DNA of 63,365 nucleotides, counting the filler, from Globobulimina sp. (lineage: Eukaryota), in NCBI GenBank assembly GCA_003354225.1. It is 54 parts of 54 records of this genome, joined end to end, with 100 filler letters (N's around TTAATTAATTAA, not from the genome) between each part and the next. Parts side by side here need not be neighbours in the genome. Positions count along the whole stretch, not along the records: positions 62,292 to 63,365 come from PIVH01024217.1; 53 more parts are not named here. The stretch is one strand, 5' to 3'. The notes under the pieces were generated by a model that saw only the letters and a list, made by a program, of their open reading frames with translations, searched no databases and was not told the origin of the DNA. This document shows positions 62,292 through 63,365 of the stretch, one piece after another (position 1 is the stretch's first letter; the number at the start of each line of letters is the position of its first letter). The translations under genes and the position numbers were made by a program.

Positions 62292-63279
62292 CCAGAATAA
62301 TTGCAGCGCTCAGACGTTGAACGAGTCATTAAATTCTAATCTAAGCAGTTCCTTTCGAAATAGTATGAATAATTTGAACCAGAATAAAGCGGCCAACGTA
62401 TTGGAGCATGTTGGACATATGAACCATGGCCAGATATCTATACAATTAACACCGTTCCATACCCCTTTGGTAAAAAGCAAAACAAAGCAATTTAGTTCCA
62501 ATCCCAACTCGCAATTTAGTTCTTTTTTGGGCAATAACCACAATCATCATAATAATCAGCAGCAGCATAAGAATAATAATCAGCAGCATCACAATGGTAA
62601 TTCGCGTCGATCCTCATCCAATTCGCCGTTGTTTAGGCCAAGGAATGAACAAACAACGCCTTTGTTGGATCACCTAAACCACAGTGCTGATCACAATGAT
62701 TTGTCACTGGCCGCCGCTGCGAATAAAGAGAATCATAACCGGGCGAACTCACTCAATGTTTTTTCGCGATTGACAAACCCAAAACATTTCACTGCCACTT
62801 CGCGTACTCGAGCGCAGGAATTGGAAGCACTTAAACAGAAAGTCAGACGGCAAAAGGTGTCGCATGCACAGTTACAAAAAAGAGGCAATTGGCAAAAGAA
62901 AAAAATCTATCAGTCCCCGCCTCACGTCGCACATACACAGCAGGCCTATAATGTGAATGTGGTGCACGAGAATGTGTGTATGCAAAATGATTATGACATG
63001 GAGACTGATATGGATAATTCCAATGTATTTGAGCGGTTACATACCACTTCGATACGAAATACGAGACTCACACATTTGAATAACTCAATGAATGAAGCAT
63101 GTGACATGGAGGCCGGTGTGGAGAGAGAGGAGGTAAATGAGATAGGAATAGGTAATGAGCCGTTGCGAGTGTTTAATCCGAATGAAATATCGAAAAAACC
63201 GCAAAGAAATATAAATAATAATAATGCAAAGTCTATGTTGTTGAATCCTCATCGCATTGACTCCGGAGACGTGATTTAA
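62292..63279 (+). CDS. Low-complexity Asn/His/Ser-rich C-terminal tail with repeated NVF(S/E)RL motifs
   Basis: NVFSRLT and NVFERLH, a motif type seen in protist cytoskeletal/kinesin tails. Confidence 0.5.
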
Positions 63280-63365
63280 TATTCATTTCTGTTCTGTGCT
63301 GTGTTGTGTTTATTGATATATACTTTTAGTAGTGTCTTATTATTTTTTTTTTAGTTTGTCAGTGT

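Overview
This window is not one locus. It is an artificial concatenation of 54 unlinked short contigs (about 1,076 down to 1,074 bp, sorted by length), joined by 100-nt linkers (N44-TTAATTAATTAA-N44, stops in all six frames), so adjacency across linkers has no biological meaning. Most contigs come from an AT-rich eukaryote with the standard code and short (about 55-70 nt) GT-AG introns. The gene content (divergent 7TM proteins, G-alpha, RGS, F-box-like proteins, P2X, NRT2, an intron-bearing hybrid-cluster protein) suggests a foraminiferan or other rhizarian; this is inference. A few pieces look prokaryotic (propeller-repeat secreted protein, formate dehydrogenase, cytochrome c, glgP/GH3) or animal-like. 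Several contigs show fold-back or template-switch chimeras typical of whole-genome amplification. Mobile DNA: DIRS-type RT/RNase H, Penelope-like RT, Polinton/Maverick-like genes, a hAT-type MITE (8-bp TSD) and a Harbinger-type MITE (TAA TSD). The best novelty candidates are (1) a protein whose N-terminus mimics the histone H3 tail but continues into a coiled-coil and F-box-like region instead of a histone fold (42455-43396), and (2) an intron-containing hybrid-cluster protein gene (28222-29296) in the same pool as an NRT2 nitrate transporter.
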